Position numbers and translations under genes: made by a program. A stretch of 64,000 bases of DNA from an uncultured Planctomycetota bacterium (GTDB lineage Bacteria > Planctomycetota > Planctomycetia > Isosphaerales > Isosphaeraceae), in the NCBI GenBank assembly GCA_963737655.1, contig CAVTTN010000002.1, forward strand, positions 1,824,001 through 1,888,000, in the 5' to 3' direction. Below, in pieces: positions 10,164 through 19,964 of the stretch. The notes below the pieces were generated by a model. The model searched no databases. It had not been told where the DNA came from and saw only the letters and a program-made list of their open reading frames with translations. Positions within the stretch are counted from its first letter, which is position 1, and every line of letters starts with the position of its first letter.

Positions 10164-10388
10164 TCAGCCCAGGTCGACCTTCGCGTCTCCCGAACGGACG
10201 CACTCCAGGGCCGAGAGCGACGGACAGCCCTCCGGAAGTGTTGCCTCCTCCAGAATCATGTTCGGGATCTCGTCCTCGATGGCGAACCGAGGCCCGCAGC
10301 GGGTGCAGACCAGCGAATCCTCCTCCTGGCGGAGGGGAGCGTGTCCTAGGGGGCAAACCAGCAGGTCGAGTAGATCCTTCTGGACCAT
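10164..10388 (-). CDS. Trm112 family protein
   Basis: LLDLLVCP...L.CTRC...F.I.DEIPNM signature. Confidence 0.9.
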   Translation of the reverse strand: MVQKDLLDLLVCPLGHAPLRQEEDSLVCTRCGPRFAIEDEIPNMILEEATLPEGCPSLSALECVRSGDAKVDLG

Positions 10389-10704
10389 CGTCGTTGATCC
10401 CCGATCCTCGGAACGGAAGAGCACTGAGGAAAACCCGTCGCGCTACCCGGCGTTCACCGGGACCCTCACGATGGTCGAATTGCCGGACCTCTGCAACCCC
10501 AAGCCCGGCCCACCGCGAGCGACCGGGTTCGCTTTCCGTCCTGAGACGGCTCTCGACGCTCGGACCAGGGCGCGAGTCGGGGCTGGCCACGATCCAAAGG
10601 AGGTCGCGTTCTCATGGCCGTTCCTCACGGGGGTCGGGGGCGGGTCGGAAGGGGAGAGGATACCGATCCACCCGATCGGGACCACTCATCCTGTCTGACG
10701 TGGA

Positions 10705-10713
10705 TGTTACAAT
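10705..10713 (+). promoter_or_regulatory. Extended -10 element (TGnTACAAT) upstream of the putative 6S RNA
   Basis: TGTTACAAT about 8 nt before the start of a long hairpin RNA. Confidence 0.5.
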
Positions 10714-10721
10714 CATCTCTT

Positions 10722-10880
10722 TGCTGCGCCTTGCCGGAGGCTGCGATTTTCGCCATCGGACTGCCTCTGGTCGAGGGCCTGCTGGGAAAACGCGGCCTTC
10801 CCAAGAACCCTGGGGGATCGGCTCGGAGTGCCACGCACCGGGTGATTGATTCGAAATCGTGCCTCAGCGTCGGGGCGGAG
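10722..10880 (+). ncRNA. ssrS: Probable 6S RNA
   Basis: The ends pair (CTGCGCCTTG/CGGGGCGGAG and GAGGCTGCGATTTTC/GAAATCGTGCCTC) to give a ~160-nt rod. Internal CCCAAGAACCCTGGGGG resembles the conserved 6S segment. Confidence 0.55.
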
Positions 10881-11005
10881 GGGTTCGCGATCGGGCCGGA
10901 ACGCCGTAGGATGGAAGATCGGCCCCGGTTATACTCGGTCCTGTCGGCCCGAACGTGCCAGCCGCCGCGTCCGCGTGACTGCTCGCCAGGAAGGCGTCTC
11001 CCGAG

Positions 11006-11860
11006 ATGGTGAAGACCTACATTGTCCGCCACGGCCTGATGCGCTTCCTCGGCGAGTTCCGGGCCCTGGACGGCCAGGACCATCCCCGAGGCCAGCGAGT
11101 GGTTGTCCGCAGCGACCGCGGCCAGGAGATCGGAGAGGTCCTCTGCCCGGCCACCGACCGGACGGCCCTGTTCCTTGAGAATCCGGCCCGAGGCGAGATC
11201 CTCCGCCTGGCCTCGGCCGAGGACCTCTCGGCCGAGCGTCTGCTCTCGGCCAAGCAGAAGGACGGGTTCGCAACCTGCCAGGAGTTCATCGGCCGACGGA
11301 AGCTTCAGATGGATCTCGTCGATGTTGAGGCGATCCTCGGCGGCGAGCGGATGGTCTTCTACTACCTGGCCGAGAAGCGGGTGGATTTCCGCGAGCTGGT
11401 CAAGGATCTCGCGCGGACCTTTCACACCCGGATCGAGATGAGGCAGATCGGCGTCAGGGACGAGGCGAAGCTCCTGGCCGATTATGGTGACTGCGGGAAG
11501 CCGGTCTGCTGCAATACCCACCTCTCCCGGATGCCCCCGGTCTCGATGAGGATGGCCAAGCTCCAGAAAACCACGCTGGACCCCTCGAAAATTTCCGGGC
11601 GTTGTGGTAGGCTCAAGTGCTGCCTCCGCTACGAGTTCGACACCTACCAGGCCCTCGAGCGCGACCTCCCGGCCGTCGGCTCGAAGGTGGTTACCCCTCT
11701 CGGACCAGGCCGGGTCCTCGCCCTGGAAGTTCTCGCCCGGAAAGTCGTCGTGGAATTCGAGGACCGAAGGCGGGTCATCGTCGGCCCCGACGAGATCCTC
11801 GGTGTCGAATCCAGGGGACGGCCTCGCAAGGGGGAGAACGACGATCGCGTCGATCGGTGA
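11006..11860 (+). CDS. PSP1 domain protein (RicT/YaaT family)
   Basis: FYYLAEKRVDFRELVKDLA..RIEMRQIGVRDEAK..CG..CC..KISGRCGRLKCCLRYE. Confidence 0.92.
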   Translation: MVKTYIVRHGLMRFLGEFRALDGQDHPRGQRVVVRSDRGQEIGEVLCPATDRTALFLENPARGEILRLASAEDLSAERLLSAKQKDGFATCQEFIGRRKLQMDLVDVEAILGGERMVFYYLAEKRVDFRELVKDLARTFHTRIEMRQIGVRDEAKLLADYGDCGKPVCCNTHLSRMPPVSMRMAKLQKTTLDPSKISGRCGRLKCCLRYEFDTYQALERDLPAVGSKVVTPLGPGRVLALEVLARKVVVEFEDRRRVIVGPDEILGVESRGRPRKGENDDRVDR

Positions 11861-11894
11861 TCGCTCGACGCCCCGGACAGAAAGGGACTTCGTC

Positions 11895-12308
11895 ATGAGC
11901 CTCCGCGACGAATTGGCCCGGGTCCTGGCCCGCGACAGCCGGTATCCGGTCCAGGCTTACGCCTTCGTGTTCGAGACCCTGGAGCACGCCAAGCTCCTCA
12001 AGAGGCGCGCACGGGCCAGGGCCCGCCGCGCCCGAGGGTCCGAGGGATCCCATCATGTGACCGGACAGGAGCTGTGCGAGGGCGCCCGCGACCTGGCCCT
12101 CCGCCAGTACGGGCTGATGGCCCTGACCGTCCTGGCCCAGTGGGGCATCCGCTCCACGGCCGACATCGGCAACATCGTCTACAACCTGATCGCCTCGGGC
12201 GACCTGGAGAAGACCGAATCGGACTCCCGGGCCGACTTCGACCGCGTCTTCGACTTCGACGAGGCATTCCGCCGCGGCTACGTGCTGGTCCTGGACGACG
12301 TGGCCTGA
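11895..12308 (+). CDS. Planctomycete/Verrucomicrobia conserved protein (Minf_1886 family)
   Basis: RYPVQAYAFV...HVTGQELC...YGLMALTVL..WGIRSTADIGNIVYNLI. Confidence 0.85.
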   Translation: MSLRDELARVLARDSRYPVQAYAFVFETLEHAKLLKRRARARARRARGSEGSHHVTGQELCEGARDLALRQYGLMALTVLAQWGIRSTADIGNIVYNLIASGDLEKTESDSRADFDRVFDFDEAFRRGYVLVLDDVA

Positions 12309-12331
12309 GCCGACCCGGAAAGGAGTGACGG

Positions 12332-12487
12332 ATGGCCCGGACGGATGGTTCGCGGTTGTGGTTCATTGTCTCCTTGGTGGCCTTCGTGGCCTGGGTTTCG
12401 GCGCTGGGCGTGATGGCCGTCGCCTCCGGAAGTTGGCCCAAGGCACCCAAGGCTCCCGCGAAGGCCGAAGCTCCCGGGCCGAGGTGA
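12332..12487 (+). CDS. Small single-pass membrane protein (51 aa), absent from the ORF track
   Basis: AAGGAG RBS; MARTDGSRLWFIVSLVAFVAWVSALGVMAVASG...; stops 4 nt before the next ATG. Confidence 0.6.
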   Translation: MARTDGSRLWFIVSLVAFVAWVSALGVMAVASGSWPKAPKAPAKAEAPGPR

Positions 12488-12491
12488 CTCG

Positions 12492-13214
12492 ATGCGGTCC
12501 CCCTTGGTCCCTGGGCGTCGTCACGACCCCGAGCTCATGGATGCCCCCGGCCTGCCCGAGGCCGAGGTCGCCGACGCCTATCGAGTCCTCGAACGGGTCA
12601 ATCGCCAGTTCTTCGGGAATCGTCGGCCCCTGGACCGCGAGATCGCCCGGTTTCGGTCCCAGGAAGCCGCCGGACTCGGCGTCTGCACCCTTCTGGACGT
12701 TGGATCGGGATCCGGGGACCTGCCCCGGTCGGCGGTCGAGTCACTCGCTCGCCGGGGCCTCCCGGCTCTGGCCATCCCCCTGGATCGCGATCCCGTCGCG
12801 ATCGCCCTGGCCGCCCGGGCCGGCTCGCCGGCCGTCCGGGGTGACGCCCTCCGCCTCCCGTTCCCCGATCGCTCGATCGACCTGGTCACCGCGGCCAAGT
12901 TTGCCCACCACTTCGACGGCCCGGCCCTGCAACGTCTGATCGCCGAGATGGCCCGGGTGGCCCGGAGGCGCGTGATCGTCCTGGACATCCGCCGCCACTG
13001 GTTCGCCTACGCCGGCTTCGTTGCCTGGAGCCGCCTGTTCACACGGAACCGCCTGGTCCGGTTCGACGGCCCTCTGTCCGTCCTCCGGGGATTCACGGCG
13101 GGCGAACTCCTCGCCGCGTCCGCCGGTTGCAGGGCCTTCCGGTGGTCGGTCCGACGTTATTTAGGCTTCCAAATCGCCCTGATTGGACGACGGATCGAAC
13201 CAGATCAGGGATAG
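12492..13214 (+). CDS. SAM-dependent methyltransferase
   Basis: ELMD, LLDVGSGSGD, GDALRLPF, FAHHF, DGPLSVLRGFT. Confidence 0.88.
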   Translation: MRSPLVPGRRHDPELMDAPGLPEAEVADAYRVLERVNRQFFGNRRPLDREIARFRSQEAAGLGVCTLLDVGSGSGDLPRSAVESLARRGLPALAIPLDRDPVAIALAARAGSPAVRGDALRLPFPDRSIDLVTAAKFAHHFDGPALQRLIAEMARVARRRVIVLDIRRHWFAYAGFVAWSRLFTRNRLVRFDGPLSVLRGFTAGELLAASAGCRAFRWSVRRYLGFQIALIGRRIEPDQG

Positions 13215-13321
13215 CGAAGATTTTTCTCAACGGATGCTGGCGTCCGTGTCTGCTCGATTGTATCCTCTGACGCCTGCTGGGGAGATTCGACGCGGAATCC
13301 TAATGATAGGGGAAGGTTGCG

Positions 13322-13726
13322 ATGAACTCGCCGCGCATTCGTTTCGTCGCCATGGGGTTGGTCATGACGGTCCTGGCGGCCCTGGGAACGATCTCCGCCC
13401 AGGAGCCGACGGGAGAGCCCAGGCCGACCGAGAAGAAATCGACCCTCGGCCGTCGAGTCCCGCCGAACTTCAACAAGGTCGGCGTCACGTCCGAGCAGAA
13501 GGAGCAGATCTACACCATCCGCGCCAAATACCAGGAGCGAATTCTCTCGCTTCAAGCCCAGATCGACGAGTTGAAGATCAAGGAGCTGGCCGACTGCGAG
13601 GCGGTCCTGACCGAGGCCCAGAGGAAGACCCTGGAATCGCTCCGGGCCGAGGCCAAGCCGAAGGGCTCGGCCGTCAAGGAAAAGGACGCTTCCAAGTCCG
13701 TCGGCGAGGCCAAGAAGGGCGAGTGA
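13322..13726 (+). CDS. Secreted helical hypothetical protein
   Basis: Signal peptide ending ISAQE; RRVPPNF..EQKEQIY..LTEAQ coiled-coil. Confidence 0.75.
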   Translation: MNSPRIRFVAMGLVMTVLAALGTISAQEPTGEPRPTEKKSTLGRRVPPNFNKVGVTSEQKEQIYTIRAKYQERILSLQAQIDELKIKELADCEAVLTEAQRKTLESLRAEAKPKGSAVKEKDASKSVGEAKKGE

Positions 13727-13822
13727 CTCGGCCCTCCGGCCTTGATCTTCGGTCGATCGCGGACTAAACAGACACCCGAGGGGTATTTGATCGGCACGCC
13801 CTTCGGAGGTCACCGCGACTCC

Positions 13823-15028
13823 ATGACCCATGTTTCGACCGAGGCGTTCGATGTCGCGGTCGCCGGCGCCGGGCTCGCCGGAGGCTTGCTGGCGGTCCTC
13901 CTCGGCAGGGCCGGGGCGCGGGTTGCTCTGATCGATCCGGGCCGATTCCCTCGCGAGAAGCTCTGCGGGGAGTACGTGAGCCCCGAGGGGGTGGCGGCCC
14001 TCGATCGTCTCGGGCTTGGAGCGGCGGTTGGCCGACTCGGCGGACATCCGATCCGCCAGGTCCGGCTGACCACGCCCAACGGGCGGTCTCTCGAAGCCCG
14101 GGTCGGCGGTCCGGACGGCCCCGACGGCCTGGGTTTGTCCCGGTCCTCGCTTGATGACCTCCTCGTCTCCGAGGTCCGGACCGCCGGCGCCGAGGTGTTC
14201 GAGGAGACCCGGGTCGGCGGGGCGATCGTGGAGGAGGGGCGGGTCGTTGGTCTTCGGGCCCGATCCGCCCGGCTCGGCCCGATCGAGCTTCGGGCCCGGA
14301 TCTGCGTCGCGGCGAACGGGCGCCATTCGGCCCTGGTCCGGCAGACCGGCACGACTCGACGACGGAGCCTCTTTCGCCCCCCTCTCTTCGGCCTGAAGCA
14401 CCACGTTCGCATCGAGGCCCCGGGCGCCTCCGAGCCCGAGGGGGCCGTCGGCCTCCATCTCGTCCCCGGCGGATACGTGGGGACGTGTCGGGTCGAGGGC
14501 GGGCTGACGAACGTCTGCGGGATCTTGCCCGAAGCGACGGCCTCAACCTATCGCGGCGATCTCGAACGTCTCGCCCACGACCAGTTCGCCCGGAACCCGG
14601 CGCTCGCCCGGCTCTGGGGCGCCTCGACACGGGCCGGGGAGTGGAAGACCGTCGCCGGGGTCCGCGTGGAGGTCAGCACCCCTCGGCTCCCGGGGATCGC
14701 CTTCGCCGGCGATTGCCAGGGGACGGTCGATCCTCTCGGCGGCCAGGGGATGACGATGGCCCTCCTCGGCGCCGAAGGCCTCGCCCCACGGCTCCTGGAG
14801 GCCCTCGCCGAAGGGACGCTCTCCCCGGCCCGGCAACGTCAAATCCAGGGGGCCTGGCACCGGCGGTTCGACGGCCGGGTGGGGCTCTGCCGCCTCTTCC
14901 ACCACGTCCTGTGCCATCCCGGGTTGATCGACGTGGCCTCGACCTCGAAGGAACTGGCCCCCCGCCTGCTGGCGGCCTGCTTCCGCCTGACCCGGGATCG
15001 ATCGATCTCGACCGATCTTTCCGCCTGA
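13823..15028 (+). CDS. FAD-dependent oxidoreductase (geranylgeranyl reductase/halogenase-like)
   Basis: DVAVAGAGLAG, FPREKLCGE, GD...VDPLGGQGM. Confidence 0.88.
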   Translation: MTHVSTEAFDVAVAGAGLAGGLLAVLLGRAGARVALIDPGRFPREKLCGEYVSPEGVAALDRLGLGAAVGRLGGHPIRQVRLTTPNGRSLEARVGGPDGPDGLGLSRSSLDDLLVSEVRTAGAEVFEETRVGGAIVEEGRVVGLRARSARLGPIELRARICVAANGRHSALVRQTGTTRRRSLFRPPLFGLKHHVRIEAPGASEPEGAVGLHLVPGGYVGTCRVEGGLTNVCGILPEATASTYRGDLERLAHDQFARNPALARLWGASTRAGEWKTVAGVRVEVSTPRLPGIAFAGDCQGTVDPLGGQGMTMALLGAEGLAPRLLEALAEGTLSPARQRQIQGAWHRRFDGRVGLCRLFHHVLCHPGLIDVASTSKELAPRLLAACFRLTRDRSISTDLSA

Positions 15029-15093
15029 TCGACAAACGGGCGAGGGCCGCGGAAGTCGGCGACCTCCGCGACCCGAACGAAGATCGCCCGAGA

Positions 15094-15957
<864 letters not shown>

Positions 15958-16218
15958 CGGTCGGTTCCCTCCCCGGCCCGGAAGCCCACCGAGACCGGCA
16001 CCCCAGGGCGGCCGGGGCCCGAGGCAGGCCGGAGCCGGGAGGGTCATGATAGCGGGCCTCTCCAGGGAAGGCGAGATGCCGGACCGTCGAAGCGAGGCCG
16101 TGGAAAAGGGCGGCCCGCAATTCGAGAGTGCGTGAAACGACTGGCAGAACCTTGCGCCAACTGCTAAAATTGCTATTCGTAGCACTTGGTTGGCAGTTGC
16201 CCGAACGCGTAAAATGCC

Positions 16219-17565
16219 ATGAAGTTACCTCGAAATCCGCCGCCATCTGAGGAGTTTCTGGGATTTTTCTCCGACCCTGCGAACCTGATGCGAGTCCTGG
16301 GAACCGTGAGGGCGGCCACGGTCAGGGGCCAATACCTGCACTGGGACAATCTCCGCCATCGCGAGCCGCCCCCCGGCCTGTCCTTGAAGGAATGGTGGTT
16401 TGGCCTGAAGGTCGGACGCCTTGGAGGACGAAAGGTCATCCCGCTCCACGACAAGGGCCAGCATCCGTTTCACTATTGTATGATCGATCCCTTGCCCGAG
16501 AGTCTGCACCGGATCGATCTCGGGGCCGGCGGCACGATCCAGATGCCTGAACTCGTAATGACCCCGGAGACCCAGAAGCAATTCCTCGTGCGCTCCCTGA
16601 TCGAGGAGGCGTTTACGTCGAGCCAGCTCGAAGGCGCGGCCACCACCCGGGAACGGGCGAAGGAAATGATCCGCAAGGACCAAAAGCCCCGGAGCCTCGG
16701 AGAACGGATGGTCCTGAACAATTACCGGACGATGGAGCACATCCTGTCACTTCGCGAGGAAAGGCTCACGAGGGAAGTGATCTTCGAGATCCACCGGATG
16801 GTGACCGACGGCACGCTCGACGACCCCTCCGGCGCCGGCCGACTCCGTCGCTCCGACGAGGTGAGGATCGTCGGCGACGCGATCGACCCCGAGGTCGTCT
16901 ATCATGTCCCGCCCGACGCGGGGGAACTCGACGCGAGGATGGACCGGATGTGTGCCTTTGCCAATGGTGAAGGAGACGAGGGGTTCATCCATCCCGCCAT
17001 CCGGTCCATGATCCTCCATTTCTGGCTGGCCTACGATTACCCGTTCATCGACGGGAACGGCCGGACAGCCCGTGCCTTGTTCTACTGGTCCATGCTCCAT
17101 CGAGGCTACTGGCTCTTTGAGTTTGTCTCGATCTCCAACATCATCCTCAAAGGACCGATGAAGTATCAGAGAGCGTTCCTGGAGACCGAAACGGACGACA
17201 ACGATCTCACGTACTTCTTGATCTACCATTCCCAGGTGATTGACCGGGCCATCGACGAGCTGTACGCGTACATCCGCCGGAAGGTGGGCGAGGTCCGGTC
17301 GGTCTCTGCCGGGTTGCGGGGGATGACGGGCCTCAACCATCGACAGAGGGCGCTCATGGTGGAGGTCGTCCGCCATCCCGACCGGCCCACCACGGTCGAA
17401 TCACATCGCCGGACGTTCGGGGTCGTGACCCAGACGGCTCGCAACGACCTGATGGACCTGATGGATCGGGGATTGATGCGCATGGAAAAGGCCGGCCGGG
17501 CATTCCAGTTCGTGCCCGTGGCCGACCTTGAACAACGACTCCGGGACGGGCCTCCTCAGGCGTAG
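16219..17565 (+). CDS. Fic domain protein with C-terminal winged HTH; catalytic His replaced by Tyr
   Basis: [36 protein letters not shown]. Confidence 0.88.
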   Translation: MKLPRNPPPSEEFLGFFSDPANLMRVLGTVRAATVRGQYLHWDNLRHREPPPGLSLKEWWFGLKVGRLGGRKVIPLHDKGQHPFHYCMIDPLPESLHRIDLGAGGTIQMPELVMTPETQKQFLVRSLIEEAFTSSQLEGAATTRERAKEMIRKDQKPRSLGERMVLNNYRTMEHILSLREERLTREVIFEIHRMVTDGTLDDPSGAGRLRRSDEVRIVGDAIDPEVVYHVPPDAGELDARMDRMCAFANGEGDEGFIHPAIRSMILHFWLAYDYPFIDGNGRTARALFYWSMLHRGYWLFEFVSISNIILKGPMKYQRAFLETETDDNDLTYFLIYHSQVIDRAIDELYAYIRRKVGEVRSVSAGLRGMTGLNHRQRALMVEVVRHPDRPTTVESHRRTFGVVTQTARNDLMDLMDRGLMRMEKAGRAFQFVPVADLEQRLRDGPPQA

Positions 17566-18857
17566 AGCCTCTGCCCGTTGGTCCTCACGTTCGCGCCGTT
17601 CTCGCTGAGGAAGTCGAGGCAGCGGCGGGGGAGGCGGCAGTCCAGGCGGACCCGGTCCTCGTCGTACACCCGGTTTCGGATCTGGGCGTGCTGGGCGAGG
17701 TAGGCCAGGACCCGGCCGTTCTCGACGCCGGTCTCGACCTCGGCGTCCAGGGCCCGTTCGTGCAGCGCCTCGCGGACGGCCTGTTCCAGCCGGTCCAGGC
17801 CGTCGCCCGAGGCGGCGCTGATGGTGACCGATTCGTCGTGATGGGCCTTCAGGACGTCCAGGAACGAGCGGTCGGGCACCCTGTCCGCCTTGTTCAGGAC
17901 GAGCAGGGTCGGCTGCTCGGACAGGCCGAGCTCCTCCAGGACCGCCTTCACGGCCGAGATCTGCTTCTCGGCCTCGGGGCTGGAGGCATCGACCACATGC
18001 AGGAGCAAGTCCGCCTGCCGGGCTTCTTCCAGGGTGGCCTTGAACGAGGCGACCAGCTCGTGGGGCAGGTTGCGGATGAAGCCGACGGTGTCCGACAGGA
18101 GGACGTGGCCTCCTCCGCGGAACTGCCAGCGGCGGGTCCGGGTGTCGAGGGTGGCGAACAGCTTGTCCTCGACCAGGACGTCGGCCCCGGTCAGGGCGTT
18201 CATGAGCGTGCTCTTGCCGGCGTTGGTGTAGCCGACGAGCGACACGGTGGGCACGTCGCCCCTCGCCGCGACCTCGCGCTCCTTCCGGCCCTGGACCTTG
18301 TCCAGCTTCGCCTTGAGGTCCTGGATCCGGTGGGCGACGATCCGGCGGTCCTCTTCGAGCTGCTTCTCGCCGGGGCCTCGGACGCCGATCCCGCCCTTGT
18401 AGCGGGAAAGGTGGGTCCACATCCGCTTCAGGCGAGGCAGGGCGTACTGGAGCTGGGCGAGCTCGACCTGGAGGTGGGCCTCGTGGGTCCTCGCCCGGGT
18501 GGCGAAGATGTCCAGGATGACCTCGGTGCGATCGACGACCTTGACCCCGAGGGCCTGCTCCAGGTTGCGGACCTGGGCCGGTCCGAGGTTGTTGTCGAAC
18601 GCCACGAGGTCCGCCTCGTGGGCCTCGACCAGCTCCTTGAGCTCCTGGACCTTGCCCGAGCCGATGTAGGTGGCGATGTCGACGTCGTGCCTCTTCTGCA
18701 GGAGGCTGCCGACGACGACCAGCCCGGCCGTCTTGGCCAGCCCTCGGATCTCGTCCAGGGGGTCATCGGGGTTATAGTCGCCGTCGGGGAGGAGGACCCC
18801 GACCAGGATGGTCTTCTCTCGACGATCGAGCCGCTGGGTGCTCTTGAGATCGGTCAA
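17556..18857 (-). CDS. hflX: GTPase HflX
   Basis: ILDIFA.RA, GPGEKQLE, GYTNAGKS, LFATLD, DTVGFI, NKAD; TTG start inferred. Confidence 0.97.
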   Translation of the reverse strand: MTDLKSTQRLDRREKTILVGVLLPDGDYNPDDPLDEIRGLAKTAGLVVVGSLLQKRHDVDIATYIGSGKVQELKELVEAHEADLVAFDNNLGPAQVRNLEQALGVKVVDRTEVILDIFATRARTHEAHLQVELAQLQYALPRLKRMWTHLSRYKGGIGVRGPGEKQLEEDRRIVAHRIQDLKAKLDKVQGRKEREVAARGDVPTVSLVGYTNAGKSTLMNALTGADVLVEDKLFATLDTRTRRWQFRGGGHVLLSDTVGFIRNLPHELVASFKATLEEARQADLLLHVVDASSPEAEKQISAVKAVLEELGLSEQPTLLVLNKADRVPDRSFLDVLKAHHDESVTISAASGDGLDRLEQAVREALHERALDAEVETGVENGRVLAYLAQHAQIRNRVYDEDRVRLDCRLPRRCLDFLSENGANVRTNGQRLYA

Positions 18858-19040
18858 GGTGGGTGGTTCCCTCTTTCGGGAAGAGAAGATGGGAGGAGGC
18901 GGACGAGGCGACGGATCAGGCCGATTGTAGGAGGGCCGCGCGCCCCCCGTCAACGCCTCGTCCCGGCTTCGGTTCGGACACGCGGGCTCTCCTCTTAGTT
19001 CGCCCCGGGAGGCCGCCGAGTTCGAGGAATTCCGCCCGAT

Positions 19041-19936
19041 TTACCCCGGGCCGCCGGCCAGGACTCGCCGGGGCGCGATCCGACCGGCCTCGGCCTCGCC
19101 CACGGCGACGAGCGAGCCGTCCGGGCCGAACAGGGCGACCTCGCCCGGATCGACGCCGGGGGCGTCGATCGCCTGCCCCCGGATCACCCGCGACACGTCC
19201 CCGGCCGCGATGGTCTGTCGCCTTAACCCGGCCACCGCCTCCGCCGAGGGCGCAGGAGGCCGGGGAGGGTCTCGCTCGTGAGCGCCTCCGGGTCCAGGGC
19301 GTCGGGCAGGAGGAACGGGCCGATCGCCGTCCGGGTGAGGACCTCGATCAGCCCTCCGCACCCCAGGGCCTCCCCCACGTCCCGGGCGATCGACCGGATG
19401 TACGTCCCGCTCCCGCAATGGACCTCGACCTCGATCCGGGGCCATTCATACAAACGCAGGTCGATCCGATGGACCTCGACCGGCCGGGGCGCGAGCTCGA
19501 CCTCCCGGCCGGCCCGAGCGAGGTCGTAGGCCCGCCGCCCTCCCACCCTCAAGGCCGAGTACTGCGGGGGCAGCTGCTCGATCGTCCCGACCTGCGAGGC
19601 GAGGGCCTCGCGGACCTGGCACTCGGTCGGGACCGGGGGATTCTCGGCCTCGACCACCGTGCCGTCGGCGTCCAGGGTGTCGCTCGTGGCCCCGAGGCGG
19701 ACGACCGCGCGATAGGTCTTGGGCATCCTCTGGACGTACTCGATCAACCGGGTCGCCGGCCCCACGCAGACGACCAGGACGCCCGAGGCCAGCGGGTCGA
19801 GCGTCCCGGCATGGCCGACCTTGACCTTCCTCAACGGCCGGGACACGCGATCGACCACGTCTCGCGAGGTCACTCCGATCGGCTTGTTCAGGTTCAGGAG
19901 GCCGGACAGCGGGCGCGATTCGGACGGCGGCATCAT
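19041..19936 (-). CDS. truB: tRNA pseudouridine(55) synthase TruB, apparent frameshift near 19248
   Basis: GHAGTLDPLASG, PPQYSA, CGSGTYIRSI, RTAIG; the PUA-like C-terminus continues in another frame to 19041. Confidence 0.93.
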
Positions 19937-19964
19937 TCCTCGGACTCACTAAGACTGCGGTATA

